The notes under the pieces were generated by a model. It searched no databases. It had not been told where the DNA came from and saw nothing but the letters and a program-made list of their open reading frames with translations. Of a DNA stretch of 64,000 bases, positions 1 to 12,700 are shown in pieces. A program made the position numbers and the translations under genes. This DNA comes from Octopus bimaculoides (Eukaryota). The stretch covers positions 41,803,314 through 41,867,313 of the forward strand of contig NC_068981.1 in assembly GCF_001194135.2 (NCBI RefSeq), given 5' to 3'. Within the stretch, counting starts at the first letter, position 1; every line of letters starts with the position of its first letter.

Positions 1-59
1 AAGTTAAATGTATGCCACAACTACACACAGGCAAGACATCACTGATGGATTCTTGAGGC
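1..59 (-). CDS. PRMT7: PRMT7 coding exon 9 (truncated by window edge)
   Basis: aaaccag|G CCT CAA...; (E)[19 protein letters not shown] matches the PVCxCxxH linker of PRMT7; phase fits exon 8. Confidence 0.85.
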
Positions 60-3000
60 CTGGTTTTAAAATAAAGAAAGCAAATCATGAAATTAACAAA
101 ACTAAGGGGTCATATTGAAAAAGAATTATATTTGTACAAAGAAAGCTTCAATAAATGATGTGAATATCTAGTTTTACAATCTGTGTAAAAGTTGTTGTTG
201 GTTAAACCCAGGTCAGTTTTGTTAGAGGCAATCTTATCAAAGCCATTCTAGCCATGTCAACAGTGTCATTTTCCCCCCAGATGGTGTATCCAGGACTGCA
301 TAATATAACATGTCCTTCTGTATTTTAAGATAAGATGTAATTTGATGGAGATCTGGCAGCAATTTCTAACAAACTGAGCTACCATATAGAGGCATCTTTG
401 ATGGCTCATTACATAAGAATAGAAAATAAGTGTAACTCAATTAAATAAATAAAACTACTAAAAACGAAAACATATTTTAAATTGATTTAGAATCTTCTTA
501 AATTATTGGTTTTGTGAATAAGGAAGCATCCAAGACTTTCCAGTTTCTTAAATCATTTTAGCATCTACCTTTCTATGCTTGATGGAGTTTGTTGAGGCAG
601 ATTTTCTATGGCTAATAGCCCTTCCTGTTGTCAGCCCTCACCTGTTTTCAAGCAAGGTTATATTTCACCTGAGCCAGACATTTTTTGCAGAATATTAGAA
701 ACGAACGACACTGCTTGTATGATAGTGACACTCATTTACAACTAGCATGTAATGTCAAGACAAGGAAACATAAACATACAAGCATTTACACACACCTCTT
801 ATATGACAAACTTCTTTCAGTTTCTGCTTACCAAATCCACTCTCAAGGCTTTGGTCAACCCAGAGCTACAGTAGAGGACACTTGCTCAAGGTGCCACACA
901 GTGAAATTGAACCTGAAACCATGTAGCTGGGAAGCAAAGTTCTTAACCACATAGCTATGCCTGCACCTGTCATAGCCACACCTGTGACCACAGCCAAAGC
1001 AAAAGAAAAAAAAAACTCAGATCATCTGTGATATTAGGAAGTAAACTATGCCTGTTTATGAATAAATAAGTTAAATGAATTCCAGGTAGAAGTAGGGGTC
1101 CACCAAGGATCAGCCCCCAGCCTCCTCTTATTCATCATAGTCCTCCAGGCAATAACAGAGGAATTCAAGACAGATTGCCCCTGGGAGCTCCTCAATGCTG
1201 ATAACCTGGCCCTCAGCAGAATCACTACCAGAACTAGAAATTCCAGGTGTGGAAGCGAGGTTTAGAGTTGAAGGGCCTTAGAGTCAATGTCGCAAAGACC
1301 AAAGTCCTCGTAAGTAGGAAGATGAACAAATCACACACCCCTTCAGGTAGATGGCGCTGCTCAATCTGTAGAAAATCTATAAGATGTACACAGTGTAAGT
1401 TATGGACGCATAAGAGGTGCAGCAACATCAAAGGAAGATTAACCGAGAAGATAGCTTTCGTGTGTGGCAGATGCACTGGGGCAATAAACACTACAGATGC
1501 TCAGAAAATAAATTCCATCACATGCCAGGGAGAGAAACCAGAAGTAGTTTGATAGCTTCCGCTACCTAGGGGACCAAGTTAGTAGTGGGAGTGGATGCTC
1601 AGAGAGCGTTACCACTAGAATAAGAGTAGCCTGGGTAAAGTTCAGAAAGCTTCTACCCCTACTGGTGACAAAGGGCCTCTCACTTAGAGTGAAAGGTAGA
1701 TTGTATGATGCATGTGTGCGAACTGCCATGCTTCATGGCAGTGAAACATGGGCCGTGACTGCTGAAGACATGCATAGGCTTGAAAGAAATGAAGCTAGCA
1801 TTATCCGCTGGATGTGTAATGTCAGTGTGCACACATGACAGAGTGTAAGCACCCAGAGAGAAATGTTGGACATAAGAAGCATTGGATGTGATGTGCAAGA
1901 GAGACGTTTGCATTGGTATGGTCACGTACTACAGATGGATGAGGAGAGCTGTGTGAAAAAGTGCCAATCCCAAACAGTTGAAGGAATCCGGGGTAAAGGT
2001 AGACCCAGGAAGACATGGGATGAGGTGGTCAAGTATGACCTTCGAACGTTGGGCCTCACAAAGGAAATGACAAAAGACAGAGACCTCTGGAGGTATGCTG
2101 TGACTGAGAAGATCCGGTAAATAAAGTGAGATCACAGCTGTAACCTACACCAGTGTCGCATAACCAGCCAACTCAAATGTACCCTTGGATCGTAGGGCGA
2201 CATGCTGTGCTTGAGGAGACCTATTGAGTCAAGTACATCAACAAATGAAATCAAATCACAATCAAATGGAAATTGTAGTTGTGGTCCCCATGCTGGTGGC
2301 ACGTAAAAAGCACCATCTGATCATGGTCGATGCCAGCACCCTCTTGGTGTGGTTGGTGTTAAGAAGGGCATCCAGCTGTAGAAACACTGTCAGATGAGAC
2401 TGGAGTCTGGTGCAGCCTCCTGACTTTCCAGACCCCAGTCAAACTGTCCAGCTCATGCCAGCATGGAAAACGGACGTAAGACGATGATGATGATAATGAA
2501 GTTTGTAGATAAGTTAAATAAAACTTACTCCTTTTTAGTAGACACATCAAACCACCAGCTGTACTCATCATGGCAACTGGTTAGGGAAACTTCTTCTCCA
2601 GCTTCAACTGTTATGTATTTCGATGGGTAATATATGGCTTGCATCCAATGATCTCTCCACTTGTTTGAAAAAGCGAATAATTAAATTACAATAAATGTGA
2701 AACGAAATATAAAAATATAACAATATTTTAAGAGAATAACTATGTAAGTATGTCAGAATATTCCTAATTTTTACTAAAATGAAAAACTACTTTTAAAGAT
2801 CTTGGGTCTAATATTGTTCTGGAAACTGATATCTGATAGCAATGATGATGATGATTGATAACGATATAAATTAATAAACAACAATTTTACATTCCTATAT
2901 GTTCTCACAAACAGAATTAAAACATTTGCATGGATGTTAATTGTAAGCTAACTTTAATTACGAGTTATTCATAGTAGCAAACAAAGAACATTGACCAGAG

Positions 3001-3761
3001 AGCATCTAAGTGGTTGCACAACCTGCTAAAAGTAGTACCAATTTCACTCAAATTATACCTTACTATCTAAGAGGATAGAGTGGAAAATGTAGTCGTACAT
3101 AACCTTAAGAAGATAGGTTGACAGCAGTTGGAACACCTTTGATGAATCAGAGACAACCTGGATTATACAGCAACAACAACACTGACCATTTCAAGTTCAA
3201 GATGCAGCTTCTATGTAGTTGTTCACCATGCTAGAAATAGCAACCAACTTGCCTTCAGATTCCACTATATCCTCTTAAAACTGAAAAGGCACATTAGATA
3301 ATATAGTCCTAGCTGTACTAGGTATAGTCATGGATAGAACACCTTTGATCATAAATCTGTTTGATAAAGGCTAGACAACAAGAATAATGTTACATTGGTT
3401 GACTGAACTGAAGAAAAGCTTCCAGATTAATTAGCATAATTCGTTGTTGATTAACTTCTGTTAACCCTGATGAAGTAGATGTATGATCAAAGATATTCCA
3501 GCCTTGACCATCCCTATGTTTCTTTCAGACTACATTATCCAATGTCTTCCTATTCTTTTTTAAGCTGGTGAAGTGTGATTTAAGGGAAATTTATTTGCTA
3601 ATCAGGAGTGGCTGTGTGGTAAGTAGCTTGCTTACCAACCACATCATCCCGGGTTCAGTCCCACTGCGTGACACCTTGGGCAAGCATCTTCTACTATAGC
3701 CTTGGGCCGACCAAAGCCTTGTGAGTGGATTTGGTAGACGGAAACTGGAAGAAGCCCGTCG

Positions 3762-3792
<31 letters not shown>

Positions 3793-6700
3793 ATGTGTGT
3801 ATGTCTGTTCCCCCCCCCCCCNNNNNNNNNNNNNNNNNNNNNNNNNNNNNNNNNNNNTGCTTAACAACTGATGCTAGTGTGTTTACGTCCCCGTAACTTA
3901 GCAGTTCGGCGAAAGAGACCGATAGAATAAGTACTAGGCTTACAAAGAATAAGCTCTGGGGGGGCGATTTTCTCAACTATAAAGGTGGTGCTCCAGCATG
4001 GCCGCAGTCAAATGACTGAAACAAGTAAAAGAGTAAAAGAGAGATCAAGCAACTGTAACAAGTTGTGGTTCTCAAGTGATATATCATAATGCATTGGTGC
4101 ACTACAAGGGTTATCTAGGAGCTCCACATAATTTTGAAAATATAATTTGTCTTCAGAAAATCAATACTTAATGGTTGAGCATCTTGAAAAATGTGATATT
4201 CATAATTTTATTGTTCATAAATATGATTAATGAAATAAGGTAATAAATTTTACTATTACTTTCAAGCAGTTTTTTTTTAAACTCCAAGCAGTTTTTAAAA
4301 AAAAACTCCATGTGTAGAGAAACAGTAATTTTTCCTTTTTTTGGTTGACTGCCAATGTGCTGTGAAGTTAAAAAGATATATAACCACTGATGTAAGAAAG
4401 TGATGTAAACAGATCTCTGCTGGTTTTGAGGACAAGAATTCATTTGTTTGATGAATCAGATTATCTGCTCATTGAATTATCATCCAAGTGATTTAGCATT
4501 CCATAGACACATGTAGCACTAATGTAATTTTCAGGCAGAATCAGAGTAACATAGTATGTGATAAGGCTGTACCTTTGGATTACAAGTACAATCTATCCGA
4601 CAGGATTTTGCACAGAGTTTCTGCCTACCCAAAGCTTGGGTTGGCTTGAGGCAATAAAAAAAGGACACTTGCCTAGGGTGCTGCAGTGGGATCAAACCTA
4701 GGACCTCATGATTGTGAAGCAAACTTAAACCATTTAGCCAGGCTGTATCTGCACCCCTAGTGTAGCAGCTCTTTCACTGGTTTAAAATGTAACTAAGAGA
4801 ATAAAATGAAAAGTGAAGTCATCATCATTATTTAGTGTCTGCTTTCCATACTGGCATGGGTTAGATGGTTTGAATGAAACTGGTAAGCTGGAGAGCTGCA
4901 CTAGGTTTCAATCTGATTTGACATGGCTTCTACAGCAGGATGCCCTTCTTAATGCCAACCACTCTAAGAGTGTAATGAGTGCTTTTTATGTGCCATTGGT
5001 ATGGTGCCAGTTACATGACATTGGCATCAGCAACTATGATTTCGCTTGGTTTGATGAGTCTTCTCAAGCATGGCATGTTTCCAAAGGTCTTGCTTATCAC
5101 CTCCATGAGATCCAATATTTGAAGGGTGCTTTTTACGTGCCACCAGCATGGGGGCCTGCTATGTGACACCAGCATCAGTTTCTAATAATATAACTGGTTA
5201 CTTAAAAATATTTTTAAAAAAATATAAAGAACAATATTCAAACCAAGAATTTCATACCTGAACTTCTTTTTTCTCTGGATGGGCCCAGTATGGAGCACAA
5301 CTCAATAGAATCTCTCCCTCTTTGTCCATATCTAGATCCCACCACATAAATAAAGTATCTATAGTACCACTGGAGTTTGCTGTGATGTGTGCCAATGATT
5401 TTGCATTAAAAGGTTCTGCTGAATTTAGATTTTTGTCGGTGACTAATTTTTCTTTGTCACTAAAATCAAAGCTAGAAAAAAATAATACAAATACATATAT
5501 AAAGTATCAGTTTGAGATGCAGTATCTGGAATTATTCAAATTATTGAGGCATATACTTAGATAACATTGGTAAAAACACCAATAAACCATGAAGTGTTAG
5601 TATTATCTATCAAGTTTATGGAAGTGAAAAGTGTACTGTAATACACAAGAATTTGAAGAATTTTTTTCAACAGTTGTTACATTAGATACACATTTCTCCT
5701 CATGGCAAATCAATATACGCCATTTATTGCTTTAACTAAAAATAATAATGTATCTTACCCAAGGAGCACAGTATCTTGGTTTGCATTTAGGATCAGACAT
5801 CAATGAGATGCATTTATTTCTATAACTTTTGTAGGAAGCTATACCAGGAACTTAAAACAGTTTCATAGATCAATCCAATGCAGAAGACTATGTAGTCAAT
5901 TGACCTGCTAAAAGTAGCAGCTAAATTTCCATCAAATATTGCTTTATTGTTTTAGAAACCGAAGCCTATACTATATAACTTAGTCCTGTCTAAATAATAT
6001 GCAAGGAAAACAACAACAAAACAAAAAACTGAACAGTCAAGATCAGTTGGGTCAATCTTATATAGTTCAAAGTAAGCACCTAATCCGCTGTGGAGAAGGT
6101 ATTAATTTACAGTGGAGTTTTCTAGAGAGTATTCTAAAATGATCTGAACTCTGTTTTTAATATCTATCAAACAACTATATCAAATATCCAAATAATTTAA
6201 TACCAAACACCATAATTTGATCATCTTAAGCATTTTATTAATCTCTTGAAAGCTGAGTTACTAGCTCAACTTTTGTGGGATTTGAAAATTTGAATCTCAA
6301 AATTGTAAACTGTAACTTAGGGACCAGCAAAATATATTCCTAAGACTCTGACCTCACTGACAACTGGACTGGCTGGCGAAAATATATTGAGAAAATAAAA
6401 CTATAGAACAAAATATCTTACATACCAAAATACTGTGATTGGGTCTGTTATGAGCTGGAATTTAGACTGGTGCAATTGGTTTAGCTGCAGATCATGCAAA
6501 TATAAAGCTCCACTGCAATTATGCATTTCTTTTGGTACAGAAATAGATTTGGTTTTATCAATAGTGATAGGCTGAATCTCATTCCAGTTTCTTCCCAAAG
6601 GACACTGTGCCAACTGAACATACACTCTTGCAGAATGAGGCACCACAGAGCAGTTAGGCTAGCAAAATAGAGAATGAAATTAGGAACAATGACTATTTTA

Positions 6701-9700
6701 GTGATGAAGGGGATAGTGATTTTTTGCTTTTTGTTATGGCTCTACTTCTAATAATTTCTAATGGCTAAAAGAAAAAAAAGATGTAATACTTTCATGAACT
6801 TTAAGGTTTATTAGGATCAGCACTTAGCAATGGATTAAGTGGACAAGAGCTAAAATATCTCTTTAGATAAGATACTAGTCTATCAGAAGTAAACTTCCAA
6901 GAAAAACAAGATGTTTGCTTTCTAGTAACATAGACTACAGCAGGCAGAAATACTATTTCATTGCTCAGTAAAGTCTCAATACAATTAAATAAAACAAGTA
7001 TCATACCCTAATATGGTCTACTGTGTTCTAATAACTCTGCCCATAAGCTCTTCTGAAAGTAATCTCATTACTACCTTAAAAGGTGATATTTTAAAAATCT
7101 GCCTTATCTATATATCAATCATTATTTTCATTACCAGCTATTTGTTTATATTGTTCTACTTCAATATTTTCATGTTATTACATTTAAGATATATTTTTTG
7201 AAAATCTGGACATTTGCATATTGTTGGAGCAATTGTTTCTACAACTTAATACCCTTATTGCAGTTAACTAGTTAACTGTGTAGCATAAGTAGAATTTGCT
7301 GTCAACCACGTAAACTGAATAAATTCCTTTTAAATGTAAACCATATAAATTTCTTTTAAATGTAAACTCCTTTTAAATAATGAATTTAACATATTTCTAC
7401 CCTTGGTAGAAATATGTTAAGAAAGACAGCGGTTGAAAGCAACCAACATATCCAACATACTCAAGTAAGTGAAATCTCAGTTTTATTTTTTATAGCATAA
7501 CACATTCAGTTTGCTATTTCTTGCAGGTCAAGCAATCTTACAGAGGTACCATCATTTGGCTTGTTTTCCAGTTGTAAATTTCTTTGAGGCATAATATCAA
7601 TTCTTTGAAATGTATCATGATTAATTCTCAACCCATCACAAAATTTACGGAAAATGAATCTTTCCAGTAATTTTTGTGTGAATATGTTACTTGTAACAAA
7701 AGTAAACTACTTTAAATTACAAAAACTACTGAACATTTTGGAAGAGTTTGGTAAAACACTTGTAACGTCTGTTCTTCAGATAATAAATAAATAATAATAT
7801 TATAAATTGATATATAAAGGATTAAAGTTTGATTGAAAATTTTATTCAATGTTTTTACAATATTCAGTTAACTGTTGATGGAAAATCCTGTGACATTGCT
7901 TCTTTAACTTCTTCAACATTGTGATTCTACATCTTTAGGTTATGTATTTAAAGTTACTTATGATTTTTGATTTAAATTTATGGAACTAAAAGAAATAATG
8001 GTAGTTAAACTGATACTTACCTCAAGAAGATACTGAAGTGCATGGTAATAAGTACCAAGTGCACCCTCTCCAATAAGTTCAGTATCAAAAACTTCAGTAA
8101 CAAGGATGTTAGCTTTTTGGAGCATGTCTTTACCTATAATAAATTGCATCATATGAAGATAAATCATAACAAAATGAAAAAAACAAACATAAAAAAAACT
8201 GCCTCTTAAATAATAGGTACTCAATTGTAGAATCGATGTCAAGCAGACACTGGAGCATGATACAGTCTTTCAGCTCATCAGATACTGGTCAAACCATCCA
8301 ACCCATGCTAGTATGAAACATGGACATTAAAGATGATGATGATGATGATGATGATTGGTAATGGGAAGGGCATACAGCCAATTGGCATGTATGAACACAG
8401 TTTATAAGAGCAACGGCTGCCAATAAGAAATTACCCAGATCATGGTAATCTATCAAAATGATGCTCGCATGAAAAACAAAATTAAATGATGATAACTGTT
8501 AGCCACAGGAGCTGTGCAAGAATATAATTAGATGGTTATGAAGACCTTACTACAAACACCATACTGTGTTTTGGACAGGATATATATTTTAGCTTGCCAG
8601 TCAGCCTAACTGACACTTCGATGTCACATGTTAATGGTTGGTACTAAGAATAACATCTAACTGCAATTGTTCTGGCAGTAGTTAAATGTCTACATTTGTG
8701 AAAATCATCACCCATACAAGAATGTAAAATGAGTGTTTACATTATAAAAAAAAAAATTATTCTCATAGCGTAAAATTGAAGCTTGACACTAGAAACCACC
8801 AAACTATTGCAATTCTAGTCAAAGTGAGAGCCTTTTATGGTCACTAGGTCTTCTACGAATAGCAAACAAATTTCCCTTTAAAAAGAAGACTTTGGATAAA
8901 GTAGTCCAGAGTACATTATGTTTTAAAAATACCATCCAGAACTGTTGTAGCTGGAATTAGGTCTGACTTGGAGCAGCAATTTTTGGTTTGTTTAGTACTT
9001 GTTATCAGTTCTTCTGTCACAGATGAACCAAAAAACTTTTAAGTTTTAAGTTTTGTATGCAGTCAACACGACATCAAATCACAGTTGCTTAATAAGAGGT
9101 TAAGACCATATTTCCTTAATTAATGTAAATTCACAATAATTAATATAAAAAGCATGTGTATCTTTTCTTTTTAAAGATAATGGGTTGTGATTTGAGAGAC
9201 ATTTGGTTGCTGTCTTCAGTATGTCATATGACTACATAGAGGCTCCATATTGGCTTTGTTGAATTTTCATTTATGATGGTAGAATTTATCATTAATGAAT
9301 ATGAGTTTGTGTAGGTTATTGCATGTAGTTCTGGAATGCCTAAACCAAAATCAATAAAAAGAAATTGTAGAATTTATGTTAAATAATCTAGAAAATACAT
9401 TCCAATTCAAATATAGACTTTTCTATTTTGATAAAGTTGGAGTATTTCCATAAATTATTGGTGCAAGTATTTTACAGGCGATTACCTTCCTAATACTATT
9501 CACTCAACCATGCAGTGGATGAACTTAATTTTAGCAACAAATATGATGCCCTGTCTTAAGATACACATTTTCAGGCAAGAATCAAGTTACAGATTCCTAT
9601 TTTATGACACAAAATGATAAAAACAAAATAGAATATTAATGAAAAAATAAAATAAAAGAAATGAAAGCATAGGTAACTAACTACAAACCTTCACCAACAG

Positions 9701-12700
9701 TTAATTCTGTTGATCTTTTAGGAATTAATTTAATTTTATCTTCAAAACCATTTCTTTTTATCACTTTCTTTGCACATTCAGCCATAGGTGTGAATGCCTA
9801 GAGGAAGATTAAGCATAAAGATTAATTCAGTTTGAGAGAAAAAGAAAAAGAAATATGTAAATTCTTATAGATATACAACATTATTCACTCGTTACAAGAA
9901 GAAAGCACATCTAGGTTATCATTTAAAGTATTCTTGTTTCACTTTCCTCACAAATATACACAGTTATAGCAATGTTACAATATTTATCAGTATCAGATTT
10001 TCAGCAACCCTAGAGTAAGTTATTAGTGAGCCAAGCCAGTCATCTGGTTTTGATTTTCAGTTAAAATCAATTTATTTCATTTACGTTGTTAATGATTTTG
10101 GCATGGACATTGCAATTTGGCTTTCACCACCACTTTTTAAAAATCTCTATGTTAAAAATAATTTTTCCATTTGACAGTAACTTAACTTCATTTCATACTT
10201 GGAAGCACTCTGTTTGTATTACTAGTGTTCATTAGGAAATGAATAAGTAGTACAAATACCCCCTCTCCCCCTTCTCTAAAGCATCAACATATATAACACA
10301 AATGTCAATTCTTAATCATTTCTTCATCATAGCATTTGAAGTAACAAATTTTACAAACATTTGTGACTGAACAACAAACCTCACATGCTGTGATAGAATC
10401 TGCTCCACATTTAGCAGCCATCATAGACAGCAATCCAGTACCAGTACCAATATCAAGAACATTAACTGGTTCATTCATTCTTCGGCGTTGTTCAATAGCC
10501 TTTTTAAGGGCTTTAAAATATTTCTGGTTCTGTAAATGAAGAAAACAAAGGAGTTATTTAATTCAACACAATTCAATTTCTAAAATAACATTTTCTCATC
10601 ATAAAAAATGGCATGACTTAGTTGCAGATCATACCAATATAAAGCTCTGTTGCAATTAATGTATTCTTTTGGTACAGAAATGAATTTTATTTCATCAATG
10701 AAATTTTATTCCAAGGTTTTTCATTTTCTAAAGAACATTAAGTAAATTATGTGGTTATTTAAACTCAGATATCTGTATTTATTGTCAGAGTTAATGTTTA
10801 ATGCTTGTTGTGGTATGTATCATTGATAACAAAACAGTGATGTGAGATGCAATTTAATTTATCACTGAAGCATATAAAGTTTTGTTTAAAGTTATAGTAC
10901 AATGTAATGCTATAATTTAAGGATCAATATTCACCATCTTAATCCTATATTATATGAATTTGATAACTCCCACGAACATATATATAGAGGGAGCTAAGGC
11001 CTAGTGGTTAAAGCATTGTACTCATGATTGCAAGATTGTGGTTTCGGTTCCTAGACTGGTGCTGCTGTGCCTTCTTGAGCAAAATACTTCATTTCACATT
11101 GCTTCAGTTCATTCAGCTGTAAATGAGTAACCACATACTATATGAGGGAGTGCTGAGAACTTCCAGGCTTTGAGTAAAAGACAATACAGCAGGATCAGTT
11201 AATTATGATTTTATTCAACACATCCCCTCTCAGATTCACATTCTTAGTGCAGTAGTCCTTCAGTTTTTCTAAGCCTTGTAAAAGAACTTGGAAGGTTGGG
11301 CCTCCAATCAGGCCTTTTGTGATACCCTTAAAGCCAGGAACTTTTCAGCATCCCCTTGTAATTTTATTTAATAACTCCTTGATTAGCTACGTTCCAAATC
11401 TCCAACTTAGAAATTAACAAGTTAATATTTTGCAAAATCTCTCTACATTTTTGATTATTTACAAAATTAACTGAAACATACAGGCTGTTTATTTTATAAT
11501 TATGATTACAAAAGGATTACTTAAGTATTCAAATTTAATAATCATCAGTAAAGACATAAATCCTTAGTTTTCTAGATTTTCTGCTAAAATTGACTTTAAT
11601 AATAAGGAAATGGATTAAATAAATATCAACTGTATTTTAGAGTCAATAATCAAAAGAAGGAAATGATAGTATTTTCAAATTACTGGATCACAAGTTAAAT
11701 TTTGGTTGGCTACAAATGTGCTAATGAGCTGTATGGTTAGCAGCAGATGCGGCATTCAAATCATGTTGGTTTTTTATTTACAACTTATTTCCTTCTTTTT
11801 CTGTAGTAGATATAAATATATAAGCAAGAGGTGTTGCAACTTACTCGTTCAGTATCATGGAGCATATCAGCATATGAAGAGCTGGAAAGATACATACAAG
11901 AATATGAAATAAAAGCAGAAAGCAATAATGGCTTTATGATAATCTTGAAGAAAATCTTTCATCAAAATTGCATGTTAATTTGTGTTCCACACACCAGCTT
12001 AATATGACAGTTATTTTATTAAATTCTTCGTTATTTTCAAAATTAATTAAAACATAGTTGTGCATTTCAACAGAAATATAGTAACAAAAGAGTTAAGTAA
12101 GAGAAAGAACTCATCTATCGTGTGGTACACCAATTGTTAAAGAACACACTATCACAACAACGACCCTCCTTTAAGAAAAATCACCAATCTATGAGATAAC
12201 AAAATAAGTTACAATTTAAATGTCTCTGGTGGCATGATCATTCTTTTTGTTCATTAACAGGAATGACAGGCATGGCAAGGTTTAGTAAGACAATTTCATT
12301 ACTTCTATTGTAGAAAGAATCTCCCTTGTCAAAGAGAGTATTATGGGAAAAGGAATGAAAGTTGAGAATATTAATTTGGTTAATCTGACTCTGCTAGCCT
12401 GAATGTGCCCCGTGGAGATGTCAGGCATTGTGGCAATCATGGAGTATCTACTACTCAATTGCTTCTGTGAATAACAATAAATTTAGGATTGTATTCAAGT
12501 AGCTCAATTTCTTCTATTAAAGGATCACTTTTGTATTGTGCATTTTTTTTTATAAAGACAAGATCAGGAGAAATTGATCAAGATGTAAAAGAAAATGACA
12601 ACTAAAATGAAAAAAAAAAAATTATGACGAATTTCATGGTTGGCAGTTGAGAGCAGAAATCACACTGAGTGAAGTACTCCAGCATGAATATCTTCCAATA

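Noticed and set aside
3604-3680. tRNA-like A/B boxes at SINE heads
   Set aside because: No cloverleaf or acceptor stem; these are SINE promoters, not tRNA genes.
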